Below are positions 24,751 to 38,793 of a stretch of 64,000 nucleotides of DNA, one piece after another. The DNA is taken from NCBI RefSeq assembly GCF_018350175.1, contig NC_058368.1:42906001-42970000 (forward strand), read 5' to 3'. The notes beneath the pieces were generated by a model. It saw only the letters and a program-made list of their open reading frames with translations, made no database searches and had not been told where the DNA came from. A program made the position numbers and the translations under genes. This DNA is from Felis catus. Its lineage: Eukaryota. Each line of letters opens with the position of its first letter. Within the stretch, counting starts at the first letter, position 1.

Positions 24751-27700
24751 TTATCTTTTTACTGTAATATCCTGTATACTTATGAAGGAATCATTCATAT
24801 CCCAACAGGCACAAATGAAAAGGCTTGTGCTTTAGGAAATGAAGAGGTGAGACAGGAAAAAAGAGCTTTCGGGAAATAGAGAACATTTGCATTGTGTTAT
24901 GATCATAGGGAAGTAGTTTTATGTAGCTTGAAACGATTGATGCTGTATTTTTATTAGTACAAATAACCATAAATGAAAAGTTAAATAACTGAGAGAGCCA
25001 ACTTCAAATGTTCATGAGGTAGGTTCTATGATTAATCTTACACAGAGACCACTGTGTTAGTGTTTAAAGCTAAAATGTGTTAAATTTAAATTCATATGTT
25101 AATATGATCAAAACTATTTTGCATAATTAGGAAAAGTTTTATGTTGTTGTGTTGACCATGAAACCTCCAATATTAAAAAAGAGAGGAAACCACATACAAA
25201 TTTGACCTAAATAAAAGGGCACAAAACACTTTAGCAAAAAAGATATCACAGATATTAAAAATAAGATAAAAAGCAACTTTTTGCATGGGAGGAATAATAC
25301 TTAGAACCTTTAAATATAAACTTGATAATTTATAGAATGATTCAGTTAATGTCAAATAGAAACAACTTTGTTCTTTGGTTAATTAACGGATTAATTAATT
25401 TTTGGATATATACTCCTTCATGATGATATACTGTCCTTAAAGACATAGGTTAAATTATACATAAATGAAAAGAAATTTCACAACTTCTCTTATATACCAA
25501 GCAGTATAACCAAATCCAAATGGAACTTTTGTCTACTTACAGCTTTAGTCTATGAATCTGTCACTAACATTCATTACCAAAAAAAAAAAAAAAAAAAAAA
25601 AACAAAAACAAAAAAAAGGGAAGATTAGTGATTTTACACTCTTCAAAAGAAACAGATATCTATCACAATATGACTTATTTTATTTCTTAAATACCCTACA
25701 TTAAAAAATCTTGACTTTATTTAAAAAGTAGTTTATAAAATATTCTCTGAAAATAAGTTAAACTGGAGAGATTTACCTTTCTGCAATATATGCTTACTCT
25801 TTCCTGAGCAAAATAAATGGTAACCTGGATGTTCTTACAATACTGCATATCACTTAAAATTCAAGCATTTTCTCATTGTCCTGTAAGTAATTTATCATGA
25901 TAATCATGATTATAATTGCAATGATCTTGCTTCCAACTCATACTGTTATTTTATGATTTTATACTGGATTCATTTCTTAAGCCAAATAAAATAATAAAGA
26001 TACTGTGGATGTAGAAGTCCTTCCCTTATATTCCCTGACTTTTTCTTTAACCCTTCTTCCTACAGTAATTTTCTCCTTTTGCTTTCTTGTTGCCCATCTT
26101 TTAATGGGATGGCTCTTTGAAGTGTGCCGGTAACTAAATCATCCTCTATAAGCGACATCTCAAGCAACCCTGTTCCTTTTGTGTATCACATCTGTGTGGG
26201 TCGCTGGAGGCTCAGTTAAAGCTTATTCTTATTGGAGCACAGTACGAATGTTATCTGAAAGCCAAAGGGTGCATCGAATTCAACTGATAATAAAGCAAAA
26301 GGATTTCAACTTTCCTTACTTGCACAGTAACTTAGTAACCTAACATTAGTGATTACGTGTCTAAATAACACTCACATATAGCAAGCTACTTGACAGCAGG
26401 AAGAAACAATACATAAATATTTCAGTACCTTGGAGTAAACCCAACTTATAACATTAAGTTATGCCTGCTTAAAATCTTTCCGAAAATGTATCATTTTCAA
26501 TTCTCCACCCAAGCCAGGCTATATCTACAGTGGTTTAATGAAGTAGAGTTACCATTGAATTTCATCTATGTCAAGGGAATCTGAGCCTTTCAATTATAAT
26601 AGGATGTTTCTCTTCTTGATAACTGAATTTTATTCCTTGAAACAAAACATTTGCCACTACCTCTGTGTCTGCTGGCAAAGAAACGCAGAGAAGTATTATG
26701 AATATACATGATGTACAGTGATTTTAAAGAAAATCAGGGAAGGGCTATTTGTTCTTAATAACTAGCCTTCTATTGTAGAGACAAACATTTTGAAACATTC
26801 AAAAATAAGTGATAAAAGCATAAAATAAATGGAGAATAAGGTACCATATTAACAGAATGACATTCACAAAAGAAAAGGCACTCTTTCCCACTGATAAACA
26901 TTGCCAGGTAGTTCTAGCTACGCATTGGAGTTTACATACACAGCACACAGCAGAGGGCCTGTTCCCTCATAGATGCTTAATAACTGGCAGCTGTTCTCTG
27001 AACTGATGATCAGTTGGTAATGTTGATTTACAGCCAGAAAAATTGATTCCACATTTGAAAATGTGTTTACACAGAGAAATTTGTGTCTACTGTGTAATAA
27101 ACATAATTAGATGATGATTTGTAACAATGGGCACTAAGTAATATAGTGCAGTACATAAATAAAGGTTAAAGGACAAAAATTTCCTCTCAGAAAGATTTAT
27201 ACAAAGATTACTTTCTTTTTGCTGTATTAATACTTTCTGATTTTTTTATTGAAATGAAAAGTCAATTAATGATATTTCTTATAAAAATAATTAGGGAAAA
27301 CAGATAAATCTCTTTAAAATACATGGTCTAAGTTCATAAATAACTGCCACAAAATAGATGTTTATGCTGTTACTTGATATAATTTTCCCACATTTTTAAA
27401 TAGTGGTGACTAATAAAGGTAGTGAAATAAATATTCAGAGGTCAGGAACACTTCAGTTCATAGCATGGCTGCTCAAATAGATTGCCTTTAATTCAAATTA
27501 ATTATTGGATCATCATCGCTTTTGAGTGCTGTATACTTTAAAAGTTTTGCTGATACAAATGAGTTCAGAGTAAGGCTTTTTTTTCTTTCTTTTTTTTTTT
27601 TTGCATTTTCTGAATATCACTTGTAAAGTCACCTTTTAAAACTATAGCTATTGTTTGGGTATAAGGGAAATTTGAATGCTGTTGCTTTACATTTTAATAA

Positions 27701-28161
27701 ATAAGAATTCATATGTCTAGTTTCCTCTGATGGAAAAGCCACTGAATGTTAAGTCAGGGCCCACAGAGCTACATTTGTGGCTACAGCAGTAAGTCATTTC
27801 ACCTGTGGTGCATCTGTGGCTTCCTTACAGTTGGTAGAATGAATTAATAAATATCAGATTTGAAACACTGTGTTGGGAATACAGGACACAGATTCTTATG
27901 AGAGATTTTAAATATGGGGAAGAACTAGTGAGGAAGAGTACCAAGGGTATTGGATGCTGACTCATTAGATGTTGTGAACTATATTAATAAGGGCCAATCT
28001 TGAACAGATTTTTTAACCTTTGAATAATAGTCAGGGCTACCATCCTCCAGGCTGATGTGATTCCTGCACAATAGCTCCTGACTTGGTGAGCAGAGGGAAA
28101 GGAAAATTACAGGTCCCACTTACTCTTTGTCAGTGAACAACCTGCATAGCTGGTAGTGCTG

Positions 28162-28554
28162 TTTTTATTTTTATTTTATTTTATTTTTTATTTTTCTAAT
28201 GGTTTCAGGAGTAGAATTTAGTGATTCATCACTTACATATCACATCCAGGTCTCATCCCAATATCCTCCTTAATATCCATCACCAATTTAGCCATTCCCC
28301 CCCACCCAATACCCCTCCAGCAACCCTCAATTTGTTCTCTGTATTTAAGAGTCTCTGTTTTTATCTTATTTTTGCTTCCCTTCCCCTATGTTCATCCATT
28401 TTTTTCTTAAATTCCACATATGAGTGAGTGATCATATGTTTGTCTTTCTCTGACTGACTTATTTCACATAGCGTAATACACTCTAGTTCCATCCCATTGT
28501 TGCAAATGGCAATATTTCATTCTTTTTGATTGCCCAGTAATATTCCATTGTGTG

Positions 28555-28598
<44 letters not shown>

Positions 28599-29199
28599 AT
28601 TGTATATATATATACTTCTTTATCCATCCATCAGTTGATGGACATTTGGGCTCTTTCCATAGTTTGGCTATTGTTGATAGTGCTGCTACAAAAATTGGGG
28701 TGCATGTGCCCTTTGAATCAGTATTCTTATATCCTTTAGGTAAATACCTGGTAGTGCAATTGCTGGGTCATAGGGTAGCTCTATTTTTAAGTTTTGAGGA
28801 ACCTCCATAACTGTTCTCCAGAGTGGCTGCACCAATTTGCAATGCAAAAGTGTTCTCCTTTCTACACATCCTCGCCAAAATCTGTTGTTTCCTGAGTTGT
28901 TAATTTTTGTTATTCTGACAGGTGTGAGAGGGTATCTCATTGTGATTTTGATTTGTATTTTCCTGATGCTGAGTGATGTTGAGTATCTTTCATGTGTCTG
29001 TTGGCCATCTGGATGCCTTCTTTGGAAAAGTGTCGGTTCATGTCTTTTGCTCATTTCTTCACTGTATTACTTGTTTTTTTTGATGTTGAGTTTGATAAGT
29101 TCCTTATAGATTTTGGATACAAACCCTTTATCCAACTTGTCATTTGCAAATATCTTCTCCCATTCCATCGGTTGCCTTTTAATTTTGATGACTGTTTCC
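28162..29199 (-). mobile_element. 5'-truncated carnivore L1 (end of ORF2 plus 3'UTR)
   Basis: Minus-strand peptide ...LVQPLWRTV...LKIELPYDPAIALPGIY; T-rich tail; internal (CA)n. Confidence 0.93.
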
Positions 29200-29229
29200 A
29201 TTGGTAATGTTTAAATTCCTGCACTTGTA

Positions 29230-29430
29230 CCTACAATACTAACATTCAAATCCTGACTTAACCTTTTATTGGCTATTTAGCTTTGGGCAACTTAGCTAAC
29301 CTCTATAAACATCATTTTGTTTGCATATAAACTAGGAGTAATGAAAATGCCTTCCACATTGGATTGTGTGCAAAAAAAGACAAGAAGGATAAATGTTTAC
29401 TACAGTAGTGATAAATTAATGTTAATGGTT
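29230..29430 (+). mobile_element. MIR
   Basis: ttcaaatcctgact...ttgggcaacttagctaacctct. Confidence 0.65.
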
Positions 29431-31559
29431 ATTTTAGTCTGTATAGAAATGCCACATTTATGATGATGATATTTGCAAGGGTTTATGAAATAAGATGCAG
29501 TTATAATATTATTCAGTGTATTCTATAGTGATGGGTAAAAAATGTGTGAATTTTTTCCACTAATTGGCAGGTGTGAAAACATATATAAAATAATTCTGTG
29601 GTTTAAAGTTAAAAAAGAGAGGTTGAACCCTGTTCAGTCTCACTACTACAGCCGGAGTTGGAGGACAGACTCTATTCTCCTGATAAGGAGCCAGTGACCT
29701 CTTAGGTCTTACCTCTAGATAAACATCTAGGCAATAAAACCTCACTAATATGCACTGTATCATGAGGGCATGGGGAATATATTCTCCACAAGTTAGATCT
29801 CCGTGTACTGGGGAAAAGTCATAAAAGAACACAATTGTAATATCTCAAGGGCTTAAACTCAGTAACCCTGGAAGTTTATCAATGGCTTTCTGGTCAGAAC
29901 AACAGGCTTACTTTCAGTGGTCAAAGAGATAAATGACTTTGAAAAATATAATATTTTAACATAATTTTATTTTTAAATTAAGTTGAAATCAGAAAATAAG
30001 CTTCCATTAAATATATGTGGATCTGGTGGTGAGCCTGAGAAAATAGTCAAGAGGTTAGAGAGTTCCAATGTTTAAGAGTTTTGCTTAATGAGTTTTGTAA
30101 TGTGTTGGGGAACAATAGGTTATGCTCCAGATGGAACAAAGTTTCTAGGATTGTGTTACAATTATGCTGAGACTATTGACAAGGGGAAGTTATAATGAGC
30201 TAAGGCAAATGTGAAATTATGAGGATTTTTGTGATTTCAGAGGAATAACTATTGGAAATATTTAATTTTTAATAGTAAGCATGGAGTTTGATTACTGTGC
30301 TCTAATATAACTTAAGGATAATATTTGCTTGCATGCTGATAGTTATTCAATTATAAGATATAAGATAATTATTCTAAGATTGAAAAAAGTATATATGCCT
30401 CAATTAAGACTTCTTCCTGAGAGAACCAATTTATATGGGTAAACCAAACTAATAAAACAGTAAAGATGGTACATTACATATTCTCTGGAATTCAGGGAAT
30501 CAAATGCTTATTGAAAAACTCATATTTTCCTTTATGGAAAATATTGGCTTCTTAATTATTTCTACTATGAACAGTAAATTAGTTTTTCTTTTTTTACAGG
30601 CTTAATTAAATTGATAGGAAAAGGGGATCAGTTATTCAGATATTTTTCACACAAATTTTTAACAAAATGTTCTAAGGGCTAGTTATAATCTTGTCTTTAG
30701 CCAAAGAAAAATTAATTGAATACAACAGGGTATTTTTCTTTCTTCTCTTTTCTTTTTTGTAACTTGTCATATGGTTTATGACTACAATAATTTCAATATT
30801 AACTAACAAGCTTTTTTAAAAAATCACACCATTGGTAAGATAATTACAAAGTAAGTATTAAATAAATTTATTTACTACTTCTATCTTCTGTTTCCTAGGC
30901 TTTATCATTTGAGAATGTACCTCAAATTTCTCTTCACATGACCACTTCCAATCACTTATCACACAATCATACATTTAACAATATTTACTGAGTATTGCAT
31001 AGTTGTCAATCACTGTGCCAAAATAAGCATAAAACAACTGTCTTTGAGCTTGGAATTGTAAATTTATTAAATAAATGCTGCTGGACATGCTAAATATATA
31101 ACTAAAGTTTCCTAATGTGAATTTTTCTCTGATAAAAATATAAGAAGAAGACATAAGGCTTAATTTGCAAGGCAAATAAAGGATTGATATAGATTATGCA
31201 TTATTGATTTAGTCATATTTAAAAATGGTATAGCTTATTATAAGAAAAATATTTGAAGAATTTCTAGAATTCTTTAAAAGCAATTTGGTATGGCTTATGG
31301 AATAGGTGAGCAATTTAGCAAAATAGACTTTTACTACTATAAACACTGCTCTGGGATAATTCTGTCCTAAATCATGGCAACATACAATTACAAGGACTTT
31401 TGCAGATTAAAAAAACATTCAGACTGAATAGAACAGCACCTGGCATACATAATAGATTTGTTTCAAAGCATTAAAAATTGCATTTTACTTCATTATTTAA
31501 TCTTCTGCTGTGTTGGTTGGCTTTGATAAAGTGAAAAATAGCCCTTCTGACAGCTAGAG

Positions 31560-31985
31560 TGTCAGGAAGAATTGAGACAAGTAACAGAAACCACAACTTT
31601 TCCAAATGGACTACATTATAATGTATAAAACAGATGAAGGGTTTCAAACCAAACCAGGATATTCATCACAGAATAAGTTTAAACTTTTTCCAGTTCATTT
31701 GGTACACATATTCCAAGAAAATGGTATAGCAACTCCTCATGGATTCATGTATTCTAAAGACAAGATCGCTGACTATTCTCAAAACTTTAGTTTATAATTT
31801 CTTACAACCTCTGAAAAGATCATTTCATAACTAAACTCTGTCCTCCAAACTTTATTAGTACCCCTTCCCTAAGGCTACTTTTTGGGATACCCCAGAATTT
31901 CCTATATTGTGGGATCTTGCTATAGCATGTACTAAACTTAACTGTTGATTTTGTACATTCCTCTTAGTCTCTGGCTGATGGATAT
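31560..31985 (+). mobile_element. Probable ancient ERV1-type LTR
   Basis: LTR-like layout with a 3' end resembling tcttgctatagca...taaacttaact...tctctggctgatgg; family not identified. Confidence 0.4.
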
Positions 31986-32329
31986 ATAGAGTTTATTTAG
32001 GTGCAGATGTTTTGGGTTTTAGTCTTTACACATGCTAGTAATGAAATTCGATATCAGAAATATACAACAGGTTGCATTGTGGGCTCCATCTCATGTAATC
32101 TAAAAATAAAGACTTGATTTGAATTACAGTTAGTTCTAGAATCAACAGCAGAATTTGTAGATCTTTATAGTGCTTGAACATTAATATGTCTCACCATTGA
32201 CCTGCTTCTTTTGGTGTCTGGAAACTTTCCCTTCAAACCATATTCTCTATTCTTTGTATCCTTCATATTGAAGAAATACTATGGCAGCATAAAATCTTTG
32301 GAAGACCATGTCTATGTTAAAAAAAAAGA

Positions 32330-33255
32330 TTTCTTTTAAAATTCTTTTAGTTTTAAAGCAAATTTGAAAGATATACAGAGTTCTTTATAGCCTACAAACA
32401 GATTCTCCCAATGTTAACATATTACATACTCATGGAACTTTTGTCAAAACTGGAACATTATCATTAGTGCATTACTGTCAGCTGAACTATACATTTTACC
32501 AAGATTCCTACTATTTTCATTTTACTGTTCCATAATCCAATCCAGGATACCGTATTACACTTAGTCATCATGTCTCTGTAGCCTTTTCTGTCCTATTGCA
32601 GTTTCTCAGTCTTTACTTGTTTCTTACAGTTTTGACAGGTTTGAAGGATATTGGTCAGTATTTAAAATATCCCCTCAACTGGGTTTGTCTGATGTTTTTT
32701 TTTCATGATGCTTCATGATATCAATATGACTTATTACTGGTGATGCCAACCTTGATCACTTGATTAAAGTAGTGTTTGCCAGCTTTCTTCACTTTACTAT
32801 TTTCCTTTTCGCATACTCTATCATTTGTAAGTAAATTATTAAGTTCAACCCACAATCAAGAACAGGAGAATTAAGCTCCTCCTCTTGAGAAGGGTGAAGT
32901 GATGACACATAATATTTAGAACTTTTCTCTAAGAAAGATTTTCTCTTTATTTATTCAGTGTCATGTTGGATTCACGTATGTTTATTTCATAATTTGAGTT
33001 TTAATCCAATACTACATTATTTAAATTTTTACTCAAATATTTTCTGCTTGTCTATTGAGAGTGCTTTCAGGTGATCCCTGTGTTCTCCCATTCCTTCCTC
33101 TTCTTCCCTTCTCCTTGTACTTCCTTCACTTTCTGGCATTACAAGATGTTCCAGACTCTTATATATTTCCTATCCAGGCCCTAGCATTAGCTATTTCTTC
33201 AAGGAGACCTAGATCCTTTTAATGGAAAATGGCATTTGGAAAACAAAATCTGAAA
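32330..33255 (-). mobile_element. L1MC-type 3'UTR
   Basis: Reverse homolog of the 9840-11330 motifs (ccaatccaggatac...ttagtcatcatgtctc; caaggagacctagatccttttaatggaaaatgg). Confidence 0.8.
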
Positions 33256-34351
33256 ATCAGATTCCTGTATTTTGATAGCTTACCATAGTATAAATTCTAC
33301 TCTTCACATATAGAATCAAAATAGTAATAAAATTATATTTCAAAGCTTTTCTCACCTCTAGAATACCATAATATGGAAGTTAATACATGAGGAACATTCA
33401 GAACATATAAAATCAATTTTGTTATTGGGGTGACAGCAGTGATATCTGGGTCTGGTGGCAGCAATGGCAGCTACTGACTTTCCAGTTGAGTGATCAGTAT
33501 GCTTCTGGAAGTTGTTGCTAGTAGGATCTGGTTTCGCTAGCTCTTAAATGATTTTGTAAACTGCCTGTTCATAAACTGTAATAATCTTTTTATCAAAATA
33601 CCTGCAGAGTTCTATTGTCTGAAACTAAGAATGTTAACCCACGCACTGATTACAGGAGATAAAGTGCCAAATGCAGGTCACCAAATCAGGACAGATACCG
33701 CATCCTAGAGTGACATCCAATCACTCTGTAAAACCACGACTGTGAAGGAAAGAAGATCAAATTTAGAATAAGTATCCAGCATACTCATCCAGCCGTAATT
33801 AAAAAGACCTCTCAATTTCATCATCTTTATCATGGATTTGAGTCATCAATGTAAGTTCACCATGAAGCATACCACTTTTCAGGGGTATACATATTAGATA
33901 GCAAACTTGCACACATGAAACATTCATGCTTTCAAACCTTATACAAGTCATGTCCTTTTTATAATTTTTGATTCAGTGTTATAGGACTTACTGACATTAT
34001 GGAAATGTTGATTAGATTAATTAGCATTACCTTGTGGTGAGCACCTTGAGTAACATGGTCATATAATTTCCAAATGGTTAGATATTTAGTTTCTACTGAA
34101 GTCCTAAAGCAGTTCCAGAGATATTTTCAACAGCAGAAGATATTCTTGCTGAAGTTTACATGAAATTGGTCAAAAGTCTCTGGGTTCTCTTTTATAATTC
34201 TCCTGTTTGAGACATTTTAACACTGTCGTATGCCACTGTCTTCACTTTGTAGAGTCTACCAGATGGTAAAGCCACATTTCAAAGACTCTTGTTTGGAAGC
34301 ATGGGATGGTACAAGATCTTTCTCTTATATTAGACTCTCATTTATATTTTC

Positions 34352-34424
34352 TCTTCCTTCCTTCCTTCCTTCCTTCCTTCCTTCCTTCCTTCCTTCCTTC
34401 CTTCTTTTCTTTTTTCTTTTCTTT

Positions 34425-34484
<60 letters not shown>

Positions 34485-34500
34485 TCCTTCTTTCTTTCCT
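34352..34500. repeat. (CTTC)n/(CTTT)n pure pyrimidine microsatellite (SINE tail)
   Basis: Read directly from the sequence. Confidence 0.97.
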
Positions 34501-34501
34501 T

Positions 34502-34626
34502 GTTTCAGTAGGCTGCATACCCAGTGCAGAGTTTGAGTGGGGCTCAAACTCATAACCCTGAGATCAAGACCTGAGCTGAAATCAAGAGTCTCTGACACTT
34601 AACTGACTGAGCCACACAGGGACCCT
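34502..34626 (-). mobile_element. CAN-SINE head and body
   Basis: gacctgagctgaaatcaagagtc...aactgactgagccac. Confidence 0.88.
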
Positions 34627-35104
34627 TACACTGTTCTTAAAGCCTGAACATGTGAGTTATTAAGAAAATTGTTTCCATAAGGAAATATCTTGTAGCCTGC
34701 CTCCAAAGTCTTCAACAACTGAACCTGTTTCTTAGGTGCAAGGAGGATTAATAAGCAGCAACGTGTATACCATATATACCCATGTCACTGTGTCATTTTT
34801 TTTTTCTACCAATAATCTTCTGGATCCTAGGAGCATGAGAATGTAAGGATGGTAGACCAATATACTGTTCCATGGCATGGTGAGGGTCTTGGACTCTGTG
34901 GACCATATTGAGGAATAATGTGCAGGAACTGATGTATCACTGAGGTGGTAGATTAAAATCTGTTCTCCCATTTTGTAAAAAAGGCAAACAAGTTCTGGTA
35001 GCTTTTGTGTACTTGGTGGAATGTGTTATCCTCATCAATAGCTACACTCCAAATATCAGAGGCTCTATTAATTACAATAGTTCACTTCAAAAATCAGAGG
35101 CCAA

Positions 35105-35592
35105 TATCAATTTTCCATTTTCAACTACAATAACTTACAACAAAATTAGTGACTTAAATTTTAAAAATCTTATAATTTTGTACATCAGATATCCAAAATA
35201 AGCCTCACTGGGCTAAAATCAAGGTGTAGGCAGGACTGTTTCTTTCTGGAGGCTCTAGAGGAGAATTTACTTCCTTGCTTTTTCCACTTTATAGAGACTA
35301 CCTATATTCCTTAGCTCATTCATGGTTTCCTTTCCCATCTATAAAGCCAGCAACATGGTGTCTCTCTGGCCCTGTTTCCATCTTCATAGCTCTCTTCTTA
35401 TCAACCTGGGAAATTTCTCCACTTTTAAAGATTCATGTGGTTATCTTGGGCCGACTTGGATAATCCAGGATAACCTCTCCATATTAACTTAATTATTTCT
35501 GCAAAATCCCATTTACCATGGAATGTAATATATTAACAGACTCTGGGGATAGGGCATGAACAGCTTAGCAGAAGATTATTTTACCTATCACA
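35105..35592 (-). mobile_element. MaLR solo LTR (MLT1C/D-like)
   Basis: ctcactgggctaaaatcaaggtg...ttctggaggctctagaggagaat...ggataatccaggataacctc. Confidence 0.85.
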
Positions 35593-35879
35593 CCATATTT
35601 AGTTATATTTGTAACAGCAGTCCTATTTAGTCTCCATCTTATATTATTCTCTAGGAATATACAAGGATTTTACTAACCAATCTTAAGAACTGAACTGGAC
35701 TGAACAAGACTGCTATTACACCTGTGACTTTAAAGCCTTTGATAATTAAATCAGTCATTTATATTTCCCTAAGAATGATGACAGTGACGCCAATGATGAC
35801 GATAATGATGACGTGGCTGGGATGGGCTCCTCCATTGACTTCCAGTTGTTTCTTTGTACCATATCATTTATAGGCTAGG

Positions 35880-36050
35880 AAAATGGTATTTGTCTTTCTC
35901 TGTCTGACTTATTTCATTTAGCATAGTGTCCTCAAGGCTTATCCATGTTGTCATAAATGGAAAAGATTTCTTTCTTTTTTTTATGGATGAATAATAATCC
36001 ATTATATGTGTGTATGTGTATATATATACACACATATATACATATATGCT
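35880..36050 (-). mobile_element. L1 fragment (ORF2 end region)
   Basis: gtatttgtctttctctgtctgacttatttcatttagcata. Confidence 0.8.
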
Positions 36051-36654
36051 ATGTACAAAAACATTTAAAAATAAAAATATGTTCTAATATTTATTATCTC
36101 CCTTAAAATTTTTTCAAAGATTATCTCGGAGTGTGCTAAATATTTTTTCAAGATCAAATTGTTTTGGTCCCATATAGATCTAATAGTGATCCTATTATTG
36201 TTGAAATACTAATTTTATCCCTTTAAAAATTATTTAAATATTTTAGTTCAAACTTCAATTCATCATTATCTTAACATTTCTGTTTTTTCTGCTTTTCGTC
36301 GACTAACTTCAAAAAGCAGTTCAAACTAAATTGTTCTTATATCCATAAAATTGACAGATTTATTTTAAAACAGTATTTGTTCTTACTCGTAGATATAATT
36401 TTGATTTGCTAGTTTGTATTGTTTGAAACAACTTGTAGTCTTACTGATTCTCCTATTTTTTTTTTGAAATGTACATTCTAACACTTGCATTCTTGTAACA
36501 TAATTAATCCTTTTGAATGGTGGCTCGACTTTAGTAGCATTATATGATACCAAATTCAATAGTTAAAATATAAACATCTAATATTGAATTCAAAACTGAG
36601 AACAGTTGAATAGTAATCTTTATTACTTCCTTTCTCAAACTTCCCATAAAATAC

Positions 36655-37195
36655 TACAGTAAGCAGAATGACCCACACAGGTGCACACACCCTAATTCCT
36701 ATATTTTATTGCAAAGCAAAAATGACTTTCCGATTGTAACTAGGGATAAAAACTTAAAATAGGCAGAGTAGCTTGGACTATCCAAGTGGCCCCAACATAA
36801 TCATCTGAGCCCTAAAAGCAAAGAATTTTCTCCATCCATAGAGAGAAGAGGTGAGGCAGAAGGAGAAAAAAGAGATTCAAAATGTTGGAAAAACTCAATG
36901 CCCTATGACTGGTTTGAAGATGAAAGGGGCCAAATGAAAAGAAATGCAGGTGGTCTAAAGATGCTGAAAAGCTCCCAGCTGACAGTCAGCAAGGAAATGA
37001 GGACCTCAGTTTCATAAATGTACAGAACTGAATTCTGCCAACAATTTAAACAGCCTGGCAATGGATTCTCCCTTAGAGCCTCCAAACATCAGTCAGGCCA
37101 GTCAACTTTTTTATTTTAATCCTGTGAGCACAGAAGTCAAACACACCAAACTTCTAATCTGCAGAACCGTGAGATAATAAATAGGTATCATTAAA
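36655..37195 (+). mobile_element. MaLR solo LTR (MLT1E-like)
   Basis: cagctgacagtcagcaaggaaatgaggacctcagt...gaactgaattctgccaacaa...gattctcccttagagcctcca. Confidence 0.85.
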
Positions 37196-38581
37196 AAAAA
37201 AAAGATTTATATTACCCAACTCAGCCAACGGAAAGAACTATAGCTAGATTTTCAAACTATCATATTACATGCAGAGTCTATTTACATGTGAGTATGTGTG
37301 TGTGTGAAAATATACACATGACTAAGCATGTATACCTATAGCAAAGAAATAATTTTAAAAATTGTACCTTTGATTAAGGACCTCAAACACTGCACTTGTA
37401 AAATTTCCATTTTTTTTAAACGTGTATATTAGGAAAGTCTTGGAAGTACTTTTTGAACATGACCTTTTTCTTCCCTCCGGATATTTCACTTCATCCTGAG
37501 TGCCATTTTGAATTAAATTCTGATTAAAGCTCAATGAGAAAAGGATTGACAAATGGAGCAAATTGTTTATGTTTTCCAGTACAGGAGGAGAAGCAATGGT
37601 AATTTCAGAATACATTAGTACTGAAAAGGGATAGGGTTGAGAAATTTACTCACCTTCTACATCCTCTGACATAGCATCATTCAAGTTTTCCATCCTTTCC
37701 AAAGTAATGTTCTAACATTCATCAGAGAGAAGTAAAATGTTTGTGAATTTAGCTGAGGGTGTATTTTGTTGTTTTATGTTCCAAAGTGGTTTTTTGTCAA
37801 TCCCAGCCCCATGACTATGAGCGGTAAGTAATTCCTTCAGGAGAATCACATGAAAGCCTTACATTTTATTCCTTACTTGAGGTAAACTTCTGAGAGTTGA
37901 AATAGTCATTCTATTATTTGGAGTTGCTTAGAAATATCAGAAGCAACAAGCCGACCCTGAAATCTGATATTTCTCATCTCTCATAGATTTCTGGCAGCAG
38001 GTTCTTTTGTTTGGTAGCAACAACATACCTTGGCTCAGCTGAGTGAAAAAGACAAAAAGGATTTTATTGGAAGGTTATTGGAATGACTGAAAACTTAAAA
38101 AGAAGTGAACAAACACACTTTTAGGTAGAGCCCTGAGACCTTAGCCACAGGAGCTCCTGGAGATTTTCTGTAGGCCTTTCTGAAAGCAAGTCAGTGCTAA
38201 ACACCTTTGCATCTATCAGCTTAAGAATCGATTTCCCAGGAAAAGAAATCTGATTGCTCTGTATTGGAATTTTGCCCTTGTGTCCATCATCCCAAATTAG
38301 AAGAAAAAGTGAGAAGCCTGCAGTTAATCGAGAGTGCCAAGAGCATGATGCCCCTGTCAGTTTGGGGGTTTCCAAAACAGAGACAAAAATCATTATACAC
38401 ATTAAATATCAAATCAAGAGTTTCCTTCTTGCTCTTTGTGTTTGTTAACATATAACATTGTAAGAAAACTTTAACTTATAAGAATAATTTAAAAGTTTGA
38501 AGGCTTTAAAATTTTTATATTATATTATTATTATATTATATTATTTCTATTATATTATTATTATATCTTTTGTTTTACTGT

Positions 38582-38793
38582 TTTTTTTTTCAGCGTTTAT
38601 TTATTTTGGGGACAGAGAGAGACAGAGCATGAGCAGGCGAGGGGCAGAGAGAGAGGGAGACACAGAATCGGAAACAGGCTCCAGGCTCCGAGCCATCAGC
38701 CCAGAGCCTGACGCGGGGCTCGAACTCCCGGACCGCAAGATCGTGACCTGGCTGAAGTCGGACGCTTAACCGACTGCGCCACCCAGGCGCCCC
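38582..38793 (-). mobile_element. Young feline CAN-SINE (CpG-rich)
   Basis: gacgcttaaccgactgcgccacccaggcgcccc; TSD TGTTTTACTGT at 38571-38581 and 38795-38805. Confidence 0.98.

Noticed and set aside
25579..25617. Isolated poly-A tract as a possible processed-pseudogene tail
   Set aside because: No TSD, upstream poly-A signal or coding remnant that I can identify.
37355..37615. 86-aa minus ORF and acceptor at ~37622 as a next exon
   Set aside because: The implied intron from the 37653 donor would be only about 33 nt, too short, and the downstream donor is weak.
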